This document shows, in pieces, positions 37,001 through 49,500 of a DNA stretch of 64,000 nt (positions are counted from its first letter, which is position 1; the number at the start of each line of letters is the position of its first letter). The DNA lies in assembly GCA_030141605.1 (NCBI GenBank), contig JAQGDQ010000393.1:124001-188000 (forward strand), given 5' to 3'. The position numbers and the translations under genes were made by a program. This DNA comes from Tubiluchus corallicola (Eukaryota; Animalia; Priapulida). The notes beneath the pieces were generated by a model. The model did not search any database, was not told the DNA's origin, and saw nothing but the letters and a program-made list of their open reading frames with translations.

Positions 37001-40000
37001 TTTGCAAAAAGTAATGCTAACCAGCCAATCAGAGTCTGAAGCCAGGTGCATTCCGTACTGTATGGTATGTTCCCACGCAAAATCACTTGTAGATCATTGA
37101 TGAAACGTATGTTTATTTTTCTGCATTCTTATAAAATGATTGCATATTATGGATTAGTATTGTGTCTTTTGCGAAAACTGGTTTCTAAATATATGTACAT
37201 TATGAGGGTGTGCACGTGTGTGTGTGCGTGTGTGCGTACGTGCGTGCATGAGTGCATATATTTGTGCTTGTATGCATGTGCATGTGCAGAAATAAAACCA
37301 ATGTTTAACATTAGCACTTAATAACGAACTACTATTTGTTTATTTACAAGATTCTGTTTAAGTAACACACCACAAGAAGTTATTGTCAAATGTGCAAAAG
37401 TCAATGTAGCCCAGTTACAAAGCAACTACGTATTGAAAGGGTTAAACAGTTTCGTTTTTGCACATTTCAAACTAAAAGTTTTTTTTGACAGAGCAAAAGC
37501 TTCTACAAGATGCTGCCAACTGTTACTCGCTTGAAATATTTCTTCGTATGAGCCATCTGGACTTTACGGTGCGACATCGTAAAAATGCTGACCAAATGTC
37601 ACCATCAGGCATGACGTTTAGTTTTAATAAGAGATTTTGAATAAGTGAATAAATGTTTTTATTCAAAGAAAGATTACAGGGATATTAAGTAGAATGAATG
37701 GGAAAGTATTGGAACATGAAGATGGTGTGCCACAAGATACAACATTTGTTGCCCAACTAGTGATGGGAATTGATGCAAAAATTGTGATATGATTTCAATA
37801 ACCACTTTGCAAAAATTGCGATATGATTTCGATAAGCGATAAGGATTTGCAATACGATTTTGACAAACAATGAGGACTTTTGCAATACAATCTCGATTTC
37901 GATAAGCATTTTACAATTTTTTTGGCTACGATTTTAATTTCTAAAATACATGTTGTCGTTAATTTAGTTTATATATTTAAATGGTGATCTTACAAGTGTG
38001 TAAATTAAAGGTTTGCACTCATGAAAGTTTGCAGATTTTTGTGCATGAAAAAGTGGTACATTTTAGCTGCTATTCATTAGTTTTGGTACTTATAACATGA
38101 TCATATAAACTATTGTTCTCAGTATGTTAATTATTGCTAGGGCACAAAAATTGCCGAAATGACACAACGATTTCGATATCGATCCTCCGATTGTATCAAT
38201 TTTGTGTGGTGATAATTATTTATTTTATTGATCCAATAATAGATAAAAAAAATCGATTTTCTTTGATAAAACGATCATCGATTCCCATTACTATGCCCAA
38301 CAGCTAAAGCTGGGATTTAATTGCTCAAGCGAAAGTGAAAGCTGTTTTAAATAGTGCCAATATGTTGATTACTTGTCATAGATCAATCAATTTTTAATTA
38401 AGATACAGTTTTAAGAGAGGTGTGCTTGTTTATCGTTAACTAGTTTAAATTAGCTGAGGTCTTCTTCTTCTTCAAAGCCATTGTTTTCATGCTATTGGAA
38501 ATATTTTGTACAACTTAATATTTGCTAAATTGAAATTAAATTTCAATAAAGTTTAGATTAGATTTTAAATGTATAGCTCTGTATAACCTTTGTTTACCCA
38601 CTTCTTTGTTCTTAGGTCACTGTTGAAAATAATGATTTATGTGCTTGCAAACCAAAACCATCCATAAATCAACATAGTTAAAACTAAGTTATGTTGCTTC
38701 AAAGTAGAATTCATCAAAAATTTAGTCAAATATCAATTTTTGTTTTTTTATAAAAACATGATAACTATATTGGACTTTTATATTCTAACATCAAATTATC
38801 AAGAAAATACTAAAAATCTTATTTTATAACCCCGTACACACTTGTCATACTAAAAACTAGTACTGCAAGTAAAAAACTTTCAAACTCCGATTGTAGCTCA
38901 TGGAAGCAGTCATTTTGCTTTGGGTATTTCCTATTGCCAAGCCCAAATTTCCATTAGGAAGAGCCATCTACTGGATTTAAACACAACTTCAATGTGTTCT
39001 TGCAAAGTCCATATCAACCAACATTTGTGCGGTGGCTAAGTGTTTTGTAGAAAAGCAACAAAAAACAGTGGCTAACCTTAACAGGGATTTTCTCAGGATT
39101 ATGTCTTTCAACATGTGAGCCTGTACCTGAACTTCAACATGGATGGTCTCGGTTTAAAAATAACATGGAACAATGAAGTTGCTATTAAAATAATCCTCAT
39201 GAAATGGAGATTCCGAATACCTGAATATCTAGAAAAGCTATATTGCCGATTTATGGACGATTTTTGCTGTGCAAGTACACATTTGTAATATTAAAAAGAA
39301 ACATTGAGTTATTGTAACAAATTTGACACTCACCAGTCTGACTCTTATAACTTTTTACAAAAATAATAACTATTTTGTTTGTTTTACAGGCAAAGCACCA
39401 TTTGTTAGAGTTGGGAATTTTGTGATTAGTGAAATTGATGCAATAGTTGGATTCTGTGGAACAAAGGTAATTTTATCTCATTCTAGGTTTTTGCAACGAA
39501 TATTGCCATGAACTTGTTAATTTTAAATGTAATATTGAGAAGTACTGTTAGTCAATTGCTATGTAATTTAAAAATAGCAGTAAGGCTATAATTTGAATCA
39601 TTTAAAAATAATCGCATCAAAATTTTTGAGCCTAAATGTTTTAAATTTTTAGGGTCATAGTCTTTCCGATGCTATGGATCCTAAGGAACTGGCGGACATG
39701 AGAGCGTATATGGCACTGGTTGAAAATACCCTAGAAAATGCAGAGGTCTGTTTTTCTAAAATTTGTTTGGTTTAATGTCCACAATCACAGTGAACACCTT
39801 AGGGGTATATTTCTTGGACATTTCTAAGAATGGGCCGAGTAATCAGTTCTGTCTTGTGTAGTCATCGTCCTGTGTGGACACAGTCATTTATAAAGTTAAA
39901 AATAGAAATTATAAACTGAAAATGGCTCTGATTTGAACCTGCAACCTTCTGACTTGAAGTCAGATGCACTGCCGTTGGACCACAGAGTTCATTTAATATA

Positions 40001-42649
40001 CAGTGTGCAATTTTAGCTAACTAGTCACTCCTTGTTGTTATCAGCATTGTTGTTGTGGACACAACAGAAAAAACCAAGTCTATAGATACAGCATCACTTT
40101 GTAGGAATGTGTCGAAAGTATCTGTGATAGATTCTTATTATAACTTTGGTGTCTAAAACTTTAGATGAAGTTGTACTCCACCCATAGAAATCATGCATAC
40201 ATTTAGCCAGCGTGCGGTATTATTAAATTTGTGTCTATGACTAAATGCTGCCGCATAGTGCTTACATAAAGCTGTTTGTCCCAAAAAACTTTCCACCCAT
40301 AGTTATATTGCTTAGCTTTCCACTTACCTGCTTATAAGGCTTGTAAAATTCTTAGTAATTTATTATGAATGTCTACTGCAGCTGGTAAAACATCGCTGAC
40401 TCACCTTCTCAGTGTGCACCATGTATTCACCAAAAAATATATTATTGATCTTATTAACAATATAAAGTAATGTATACGCTTAGTTAGTTAAGAATGCTCT
40501 GATTACTTTTCCAAACTCTACGCAATGTTATCTAAATTTTTTTCAAATGACCTACCATCAAAACGGCTGCGTTTAACTGTCATTGTGGGAGTTTAAATTT
40601 TCAAGTTTTATACAGTGTTGCTTCTAATGCAGGCTCTGTGAGCAACGTAGGTGATACAAAATATCAAGATGATTTTTTTAGTTTTATGTAAGCAAAAGGT
40701 TTTCTTTTACTTTAATGCAAACTTTAATTAAATTCACTTTCAGGCAAAACTGATTTTTAATCAGGTTGTTTTAACTTGATTTAGTAATAATCAAAATTAG
40801 AATATCAGTCATAAATCTTTTCCATTATGTCATCTTGACATTTGTTGAGACTTTGAGTTACACGCAGTAAAAACATTCTACAATTTAACTCTTATGGAAG
40901 AGATCATTGTCGGGCAGCATTTTTACTAATTGTTCTGTAAAATTGACGAACACATAATGATGTTATTTTCGCACTTTTACCCTAGTTGTTTGTCAACTGG
41001 CTTCATGGGCAAACTTACGAGCAGTTTACAAAGCCACGTTACTCGCACGTGTATCCTTGGCCTCTTAATCATGTGCTGACATATCGAAGATGGCGTCGGA
41101 TAAAACATCAGTTGCAATCAGTAGGATGGGCAGAGAAATCTCTAAACGAGGTATATTTTAATTGTCTTAATTAAACGTTTTATGCGTAAATGAGTTGGAA
41201 CTTGAAAGATGATCAGTAGAGAAGATGATTTTTTGCCAAAAACACTAAATGTCAAAGCAAATAAGAAATGTCAAACTAATAGAAACTTTTTTACTACTAT
41301 TACTACTACATGATGATGACAATGATCACCATGTTTTTTATAATTGTTTAGTTAATTACCGGCATTACATTTTATGTTTTTTACCAGGTTAGTTTTGCTT
41401 TAATTGAGCAGTTTTACTGAAAATTGCATTACGGTGTGTTTTTTCCTGTATTTGGAGGGTGTTATATAGTTTTTGTCACCGTATTTAAATGATTTATCTG
41501 ACTTTTTATAGTTTGTTTATATGACTTTTGTTTGTTTGTTTGATAGGTGCTAGAAGAAGCCCGAGAAGCATTTGAAGCCCTGTCAGAAAAACTAGGCAAA
41601 AATCCATACTTTTGTGGAGACAGGTAACAATTACGTAGAGTATTTATGGTCACTGAGTTACGGTCACTATCGGTCACTTTAAGTAAGACCTAAAAACACA
41701 GCACAGTCCTGTGTTTGTAGTTTATCGGGAGACATCATTTTTTCCTTGGTTTACCTGAGGAGGAATGAAACCGAGGTTTTACGAATACTTTTCATAATCA
41801 TAAATCATAATCATAAATGATACGTTGAGATATTCATTTTGGGCAGAATTTCTCGCAGCTGCCAGTCTGGTTGGTTTCAATTGTTGGCAATTCTCGTGTG
41901 TCAGCTTACATCCTAGAAAAAGTCAGTAATTCCTTCGTTCACTCACTCTGTCCGTCATACTTTCAACCAAAAAAAAATTCATCCAGTTGAGTTGAAAATT
42001 TGTAGGATATGTCCTTGATTCAAAACTATTTTTTACCTCTTTGCTTGTATGGAAGACCATGAAGATCGAAGTGTATGGAACCAAAAATATCCAAAACGCC
42101 CCCTTATATTATGGTATTAAAATGCCTGTAATGCCACATTAGATTATTGTACCAAAACACCTGTAAAGCCCCATGAAATTATGATATAAACGTATCCGTA
42201 AAACTCTTTTAGATTATGGTGCTAAAAATATCTGTGATGTTCTGTCCTTGCAAACTTTACTCACATATTTTTTTTAGATATTTATGTTATAAGCAATATC
42301 ATTGACAAAATTGTTAAGCAGAAGGCTAATTTTATTTGTTCTGCTTAAACGTGAATTCTTGCAGTCGAAAGGCAACACGTTTTGCAGGCTTAAGTGAAAA
42401 AATGTACTGTAAATTTGGTAGAAAATATCTGCAGTGTAAATGTTTTTCCTTTATTTCATATTTCACAGGCCAACAGAATTAGATGCACTGGTATACGGTC
42501 ATATGCATGCCATCCTGAATTCCAACTTGGCTAGTGCAGGACTAACCAGAATCGCTTCCAAGTATAAAAATCTTGTCTCTTTTGTCAACCGAGTCAACGC
42601 TGAATACTGTCAACCAAATAGCCAAGAAACTTCAGCCATATTCTTATGA
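34025..42649 (+). CDS. MTX2: Metaxin-2 (mitochondrial outer-membrane SAM complex partner, GST-like fold), 8 coding exons, 262 aa
   Basis: Exons 34025-34055, 36694-36741, 37492-37608, 39390-39466, 39653-39745, 40986-41150, 41547-41623 and 42469-42649. All phases are compatible (789 nt). Protein: MTEKFQVELGASEPWSKDAELY..NADQMSPSGKAPFVRVGNFVISE..GHSLSD..ADMRAYMALVEN..YPWPLNHVL..ALSEKLGKNPYF..RPTELDALVYGH. Intron 3 needs a GC donor. An acceptor at 33949-33950 implies an upstream non-coding exon. Confidence 0.93.
34925..35420 (+). mobile_element. Decayed CR1/L2-type LINE 3' end in MTX2 intron 1
   Basis: Frameshifted translation SELGW/ILEIRRLQTILNIFNDIVH...FFART resembles the LINE ORF2 C-terminal motifs L-x-W-xx-L-xx-RR and SFFPRT. 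It ends in ATTAAA plus short TTCAAGAC repeats. Confidence 0.55.
35583..36050 (-). mobile_element. Possible LINE 3' UTR/tail remnant in MTX2 intron 1
   Basis: The minus strand ends in a GGAGTA...TACTCTCC stem-loop followed by AATAAA, like the CR1 3' end at 63365-63460. The coding remnant is unreadable. Confidence 0.3.
36301..36640 (-). mobile_element. hAT-like MITE family D, diverged copy in MTX2 intron 1
   Basis: Runs TAGGGGTGAGC ... GAACGTTCAATGCTTTCCTCTA, with TSD GTGGCAAG/GTGGCAAA. Confidence 0.78.
37758..38293. mobile_element. hAT-like MITE family E (CGAT-rich) in MTX2 intron 3
   Basis: TIRs TAGTGATGGGAATTGAT / ATCGATTCCCATTACTA and a perfect 8-bp TSD TGCCCAAC (37750-37757 and 38294-38301). 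Confidence 0.88.
39918..39989 (-). pseudogene. tRNA-Trp-derived pseudogene/SINE head with TCA at the anticodon position, antisense in MTX2 intron 5
   Basis: AACTCTGTGGTCCAACGGCAGTGCATCTGACTTCAAGTCAGAAGGTTGCAGGTTCAAATCA aligns without gaps to the metazoan tRNA-Trp(CCA) sequence as I recall it (about 47/61 identical by hand). The T stem and 3' acceptor strand no longer pair. Confidence 0.7.
42108..42240. repeat. Degenerate ~35-bp tandem repeat (ATTATGGTA..AAAA..CCTGTAA..), ~4 copies, MTX2 intron 7
   Basis: ATTAT(G/T) ... (C/T)GTAA recurs at ~35-bp spacing. Confidence 0.55.
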
Positions 42650-44220
42650 TACAATGCGGTTTGAATATCAGTTTGTAGGCAAAATTTAATTACTTGGTTC
42701 TATAAGGAAATAACGATAAATCCTCGTTTGATGATGGCAGTGCATCTCAAAGCGGATGCAGGGCCAAAATCAATAAAACTAGGTTCAACAGCTCAAATAT
42801 TTTAAATTTTATTGCACACATCCTACAGTTTGTGTTTACAAAAAATGAAAGATAACTATTTGTCGTAATGTTATTGTATCAGTTACACAATTTGTGTAAA
42901 ATTAAATCTGCTGCTATTTTAACTAAATGTTTACATAGTGTTATTGTTACTGTAAATGTTTGGTTAATGCACCCAGGTGGCAGGTAATACAATGGCTGAT
43001 TTACCTCTTGTGTCAGCAATAAATCATATGCCATGTAGACAGTAGAGAAATTGTAGTCATCTTATAGTAAAGTAATAAAAGGCAGTAGCAAAGTTTGTTG
43101 CTGATAAAATGAATGCAGGTGTCATTAACTGAGTTACTGCATTATGAATTAGTACCAGTTATATTATCATATTAACTGTGTAAAAACTTTTTCTAAATGG
43201 CTGGTAATCATGCTGTTTGGAAACACAATTGTTTATTTTATGAAGGATTTCACGATTTTAGTTGTACACAGTACAGTAAGTAAATAAGTTTATTAGTTTA
43301 TCACCATTTTTTATAAGAGCAAAACACATAACTAAGTGATTTATAAATCTGTACAACATACAATAATATTACAAAGTGCAAATGTGATTACTGATTAGTG
43401 GTGAAAGAACTATGAGTTATTGAGGTCAGTCACCTTCTTAGAATTGTTACTAATATAATTAATTTATGCGTATGTAGCGAGTAATTAAAAATGATCACAT
43501 TTTGCATTTAAGACGATTGTTGGTTGAATTATGATACGAAAGTTTTAGTTTCAATATAATAATGTTCAATCATGGGAAAGAAAAGAAGAGATGCACATGT
43601 CTGTCTTTAAATATTAAGTTGAACTTGGATTATTTTATGTATTTAAAATTATTATTATGATTAGGACCTAGAATCAAAGAAAGAAAAAAATAAATTTTTC
43701 GACGGTACAGTGTAGCAACCTTTGCTTCCCTTACACAGATGAACAAAAATACCATTTTCATTTCTTTTTAAAAGAATTTATTACAATATTGCATAATGTG
43801 TCGAACTCAGAATAATAAATAGACTAATTACGCTACAGCACCAGACCTGTGTATGTAACATACGATAATTACAATTTAAAATTTAAAATATCAACGTAGA
43901 TAAATTCACCACCTATTAGCTCTAAGTCTACATACAATTGCTGGAAAATAAAATCTACTACTGCGGTGCAATTCTAAGGGTAAAAGAACAAAGAGAACTT
44001 TGAAAAATCGTTTTTATTGGAATAGAATTCTAACGTCTTGCATATGACAAGGGTATTGATTAGTACAATTATTTGACATCTGTAAACAATGACACTGTAA
44101 TGCCTAGGATTCGATATTCTTTTCGTAGTCCACTTGAATGGTGACCATTAAACTGACTCAAACAAAAATGCACACTTTGGGTTCAAACGGTCTGTTACCT
44201 GTCCATACGAAACGTTACAA

Positions 44221-44678
44221 TACAATTTAGTGATGATTCAACATATTAACAGCAAAGACAACGTTAATGAAAGCGAACATGTATGTTCATTCAACAGGGC
44301 TATAGAGATATTTAAAACTTTAGTCATAATATTTTGATTTGCCGTGAGGGAGTCATCACTAGCTGTAAAGAACTTTAACTGAATTCTCTAATAAACTGAC
44401 AAATTTCCTGGTTTAGCAAGCATGCCTATCTGTAAGTCCACAATCTTTTACAATTTAGTGATGATTCAACATATTAACAGCAAAGACAACCCTAATGAAA
44501 GCGAACATGTATGTTCATTCAACAGGGCTATAGAGATATTTAAAACTTTAGTCATAATATTTTGATTTGCATTGAGGGAGTCATTACAAGCTGTAAAGAA
44601 TTTTAGCTGAATTCTCTAATAAGCTGACAAATTTCCTGGTTTAACAAGCATGTCTATCTGTAAGTCCACAATCTTTTA
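44221..44678. repeat. Tandem duplication of a 228-bp segment
   Basis: TACAATTTAGTGATGATTCAACATATTAACAGC... starts at 44221 and 44449. The copies differ by only scattered substitutions. Confidence 0.93.
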
Positions 44679-45345
44679 CGTTGTCACTATGCTGATATTA
44701 CACTTTATTCACTGAAAATTTTGTCACTTACTGCAAAAATTTCTGAAACGAAGCCGAGGCATAGCTACCTAAGTAATAAAACTACTAACTCTCTGTTCCT
44801 AAACTCAGCTATTATACCAGGGGATAAGTTACTAAAATTACGTTACTCATTCATGGTTCAGGGCGTATATATACAAAATTAAGATAAATTAGCACAACAT
44901 TCTAGATTAGCTTAACATAATTGAACTGTTTCAAACATGAGAGGGGTTTGTACCCGTCTAACACTAAGACAGCACAACGGCACATCTGAAGACTACTGTA
45001 TTAAAACAGATATATGTGACAAATGTCAAGAATAATGGTGGCAGTGGGAAATATAGTAAATGACTTGCATAATTCGGACATCTCTTGTAGAATAAAAGGT
45101 TTTTTGATGACATGATGTAATGGGCATGGAACTGCATAGAAATGTTATCCAAACTTCCATTTGCAAAGACATTGTTCATTATTTTATTAAATGGCTGTAT
45201 TTTGTAACTGCAATGACAGCAGATTGAATTGGGATACATTTCCGTTAACTGTTTGCCATGTAGCCTCAGATATAGACAAACCTATTTTAAGATGTGTGTT
45301 TTTGACATTACCAAAGTTCACAAATGCGATTTTGCTGCCAAAGTA

Positions 45346-45880
45346 CAGAGTGTCTCATAAGTTACTATACACTTTACATTTCCTTTGTTTTTCTTAACAA
45401 ACAAAGCAAAACGTTTGAAAATTGATACAGATCAACTAAAACCTTGGCCAAACCTCGAGAAAAAAAAGTGCTGTGTTACTATGCTTTGCGATTTTATCTA
45501 CCTTCTTCAGTGACTTCAAGAGCTTTAGATACCAACCATATGGCAAGTCGGGCATCTTGCACTGAGAGTCTTTCAAAGTCATGAGTGATGAGGAAGGGCT
45601 TGTCTTGTTGAAAAACTATTGTTAATAATGAGAGAACAGTGTGGCCTGTATGGTGGTCTGGATATATGCTGAAATTCAGTTAGTGACCAAAGAACTTCAC
45701 GCCAGACTGACTCTCACCTCCTCAACCTGTAACGCTACTGTCGTCACCATAGGAAGCTAATAAAAATAAACAAAAAGACATGTCAAAGCCCCTTTTGATT
45801 CATGCAAGAATTTGCTGAGATTGGAGAAAAAATTAAAAAGATAAGAAATCAAAGTGCATAGTGACTTTTCAGACACCCTG
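45346..45880. mobile_element. Tc1/mariner-derived non-autonomous element
   Basis: TA|CAGAGTGTCTCATAAGT ... ACTTTTCAGACACCCTG|TA. The interior has faint relics resembling the Tc1/mariner QQDGA and SPDL motifs. Confidence 0.65.
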
Positions 45881-45902
45881 TATATAAGGAATCTGGAAAA
45901 AG

Positions 45903-46283
45903 CACAACGTATGTGCAACAACATCGCAATATCGGCACATCACAATGTATGTGCAACAACATCGCAATATCGGCACATCACAATGTATGTGCAACAACAT
46001 CGCAATATTGGCACATCACAATGTACGTGCAACATCGCAATATCGGCACATCACAATGTACGTGCAACATCGCAATATCGGCACATCACAATGCATGTGC
46101 AACAACATCGCAATAGCGGCACATCACAACGTATGTGCAACAACATTGCAACATCGGCACATCACAATGTATGTGCTACAACATCGCAACATCGGCACAT
46201 CACAACCTATGTGCAACAACATCGCAATATCGGCACAACACAATGTATGTACAACAACATCGCAATAGTGGCACATCACAACC
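45903..46283. repeat. Minisatellite, 38-bp unit ATGTGCAACAACATCGCAATATCGGCACATCACAATGT (some 35-bp variants), ~10 copies
   Basis: Directly visible. Explains the three overlapping repetitive ORFs at 45854-46336. Confidence 0.95.
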
Positions 46284-46525
46284 TTAAGTATGTAATGACA
46301 AAAAATTTTCAGAAAGCTGCCAGATTTTACTCGTAATTAACTACATAAAAAGCTGCCTAAAAACTTAAATAAAAAGATATCATCAATAAAACTATTGCAC
46401 AACATATTTTATATAGTTTAATTCTAAGTGCTGTATCTGTGCATATTTCTAAATGTTGTAAAAACATGTTGAGTAATACTACTATCGACAATATTAAATG
46501 GTACAAAAAGCTACCGGAAGTATGA

Positions 46526-49500
46526 CTAAGTTTCAGAAAGAGCAATTTCAACGAACTCTTCTATATTTGCCCGCAAATTCTCTAACTGTTTGTCATCTAA
46601 TAGATCACAGCTTGCTAAGCTCTCGCTGTCACTGTGAGTAGAACCCTCACCAGTGGCACTCGAGTTTTCTGCTAATTTCTCATCGGTCTTTGCAGCTTCC
46701 TGCAAAGTCTGTGGGTGAGTGGGAGTTCCTTGGCCGAGCCACAGCGAAGGAGATGCAGATGATGATGTGTTTTGAGATACTGACAATGTCTGCGGTTTTA
46801 CACCAGAGCAAGACGGACATTGAGGACTGTCTTCTTCACTTGGGGTTTCTTTGGGCTCCACGTGCAGTCGATAATGTTTTGACATATCAGAGTCCGAACG
46901 CGAAGGTGGTAGAAACACCGGGATGGACGGGATACTTCCCTGTGCAGCTTCTCGAATGCTTTCAGTGTAGGCGGCGATTGTTTCCCGCCGCCTGCGAACA
47001 TCGGCAGCAGATGTGGCACTTTCCCGCTGCATGAAACTCTGCGTGCGTCGTCTACCTCTGTTAGGATAAAGTTCGTCTTCGAGGTAAACAAGATCCTCGC
47101 GGATGTTGGCTAAATCTGTCCGAACGTCAAACGTAACCTGCGACCTTCGTCTCGTCAGTTTATTCAGCAGCGCAGCGGCTTTTTCAGGAGTTACTGCCGC
47201 CGAGGCTCCGACTGCCTCGGTGGTTGACACGGACTCTTGCGGAAGATCGGATCCTCTTGGGGAGAGCGACAGAGCAGCAAGAGTGACTTCAGTTGCTGCT
47301 GGACTTAACACTTCTTCCATAGATTCTTCTGGTGAAGGTGATTTATCAGAAACAGCACATGGCGGCGGAGGAGGTGTCTCAGCACCAACACCAGCACTCC
47401 TTTCCCCGAGAGCTAGTCTCTCCATCTGCAAAAATGAAGTTATCACCTATTAGATAACAGTACGTTCATAGGAACTTTACCCACATATTTTACTTGCTTG
47501 AGCTGTTCTGTTCTGACAGAAATCAGAATCCCTTACATGTAACTACAGTAGTCGCTGCTTAATAAATCACAGATAATAAAACCACAAGCATTTTATAATC
47601 ATTTAGGTTTTGTGCAGAACTATCCCTGTAGAAACTATTGTTAAGAAAATTCAGTTAATAAAACCAGTAGACTGTTTAATAAAACCACGTTTTTTAGCAA
47701 TAAACGAGAAGAACAACAAAAAAATGAAAAAAATAAATGTGTTTTTGGCAGTTTGCCAATTTTTTAAGATACACAGTTGAAATCAATTGTTTTGTCGCAT
47801 TGCATGTACAGCATTTTATAGTCTGTTGAATGAACTTCAATCACTCTTGTATCCTTGATTCTGTAGGCATATGAACTGACTGCCCAATGTTCATGCATTA
47901 ATTAGGGTGAAGCAATTACGAACAGTAAGCCCTCAGTTATTGATTCCCCATTTTCACTTAATCACGCACCGTTTCGTTTAAAGTAGATTTTTTGGTTTGC
48001 ATAAAGCTAGTTTTTATTTTATCAACAACTTTTTTACTTAATTTGATGCATTTTAACAGTACATACTGCATTCTCTGTTCTAAAAATGCACCAGTAACAT
48101 AAACACTGCAATTATTATACAAGTATATACCGTATATACTCGCATATAAGCCGAATTTAGAACTATAAAATACAATACTGAAATCAGGGGGTCGGCTTAT
48201 ATGCGCATGAAACAAAATGAACACAAGGACAGACACTAATGCCAATTTTCCAGCCACACATTTTCATCGCTATCTGACTCTTTATTTGGTTGTGTGTCAT
48301 TTTGTTTTTTTTTAAGAACACTACGTTAAATTATAAACAGAAATGTTATAATTTTTTGTGAATAAATAGAAAACAAAATATTTTCTTCTTTATTCATATC
48401 AAAATGTATAATTTCTTCTATTTCTTCTAGTATGTAACATAAAAGTAAGCATTTTACATCTTTATAGTAAAAAATTTCTATGAACCAAAAATACCCAATT
48501 AACAAAATGTGACAAAAAGGGATCAATTTTGTTGATTGGGTATGGAGTAAAATTAGACAAGTTGATGGTCGGCTTATATACGGGTTTTTGCAAAAACTGG
48601 CCATTTTAAAGCAGTTTTAGGGGGTCGGCTTATATGCGATGTAGGCTTATATGCGAGTATATACGGTATATGTTTTTGCTTCCCGACTGGCCACTAATAC
48701 TAGCCGTTTGTATCAACCGAGACATGGGAGCAAACTTTATGCGAAGAAATGTTGCCTGCAACTTGTTGTTATGGCAACCAGACTAGTGCATACTAAGTTT
48801 CTAGATAAAATTCCCAAGGTCGCCCCCGGGGTTTGGCTTTGACTCAGCTGCAGTGTTTATTGTTTAATCGTTACTGTTAGGTAGGTAAGAAAGATATATA
48901 GGTGGTTTCAAGCAAGCAGAATGAAACAATGATTCTTTTACATTACTTTCTATAGACATCTTGACTTTGTTTAGCGACATTTCGCTTAATGGCACATTTT
49001 GCTGGAAAGTATTAGCATTGTTAAGCGAGGACTTAACTGTACTATACTTTCCTGTCTTTAATGGACTTAACTGTCTTTGCTAAGTTGCAACAGATCACTG
49101 CATTGTAAAAGCTCCATTTATTAAAATAATTTTTTTCTGATCCCGTGCTGGTTTTAAGAGGCAACTACTGTATATCCACGCTACCACTTTTCGTTGGTTA
49201 GACCATATTACTCAAATAAGCAAGTTGGTAAATTTTTTCTTAGTTCTACTATTCTATAGTATACTACAGCAGACTTAAAATTTGACCGTAATGCAGCCTT
49301 GATGCTTTACAATGCATATCAGCAATTATATAATCTACGATTAGTACCTGAAGTTTACGCTGCATGTGAATTTCCTCACTGATAGCTTCAAGATTGTGCA
49401 AAGCTCCAGCGTAATTGCACTTCGCAGCTACTACATCATCCTCAAGTTTCCTCACTTGTGATTTATGAGTTTCCAGACGCTCGTTAAAATGAGATTTCGT

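Noticed and set aside
39918-39989. Functional selenocysteine or opal-suppressor tRNA
   Set aside because: It has no long variable arm and the T and acceptor stems are unpaired. It is kept only as a pseudogene-level finding.
45854-46336. Three overlapping repetitive ORFs (QQHRNIGTSQC...)
   Set aside because: They are by-products of a 38-bp VNTR whose period is not a multiple of 3, and they are antisense to the SH3BP5L 3' region.
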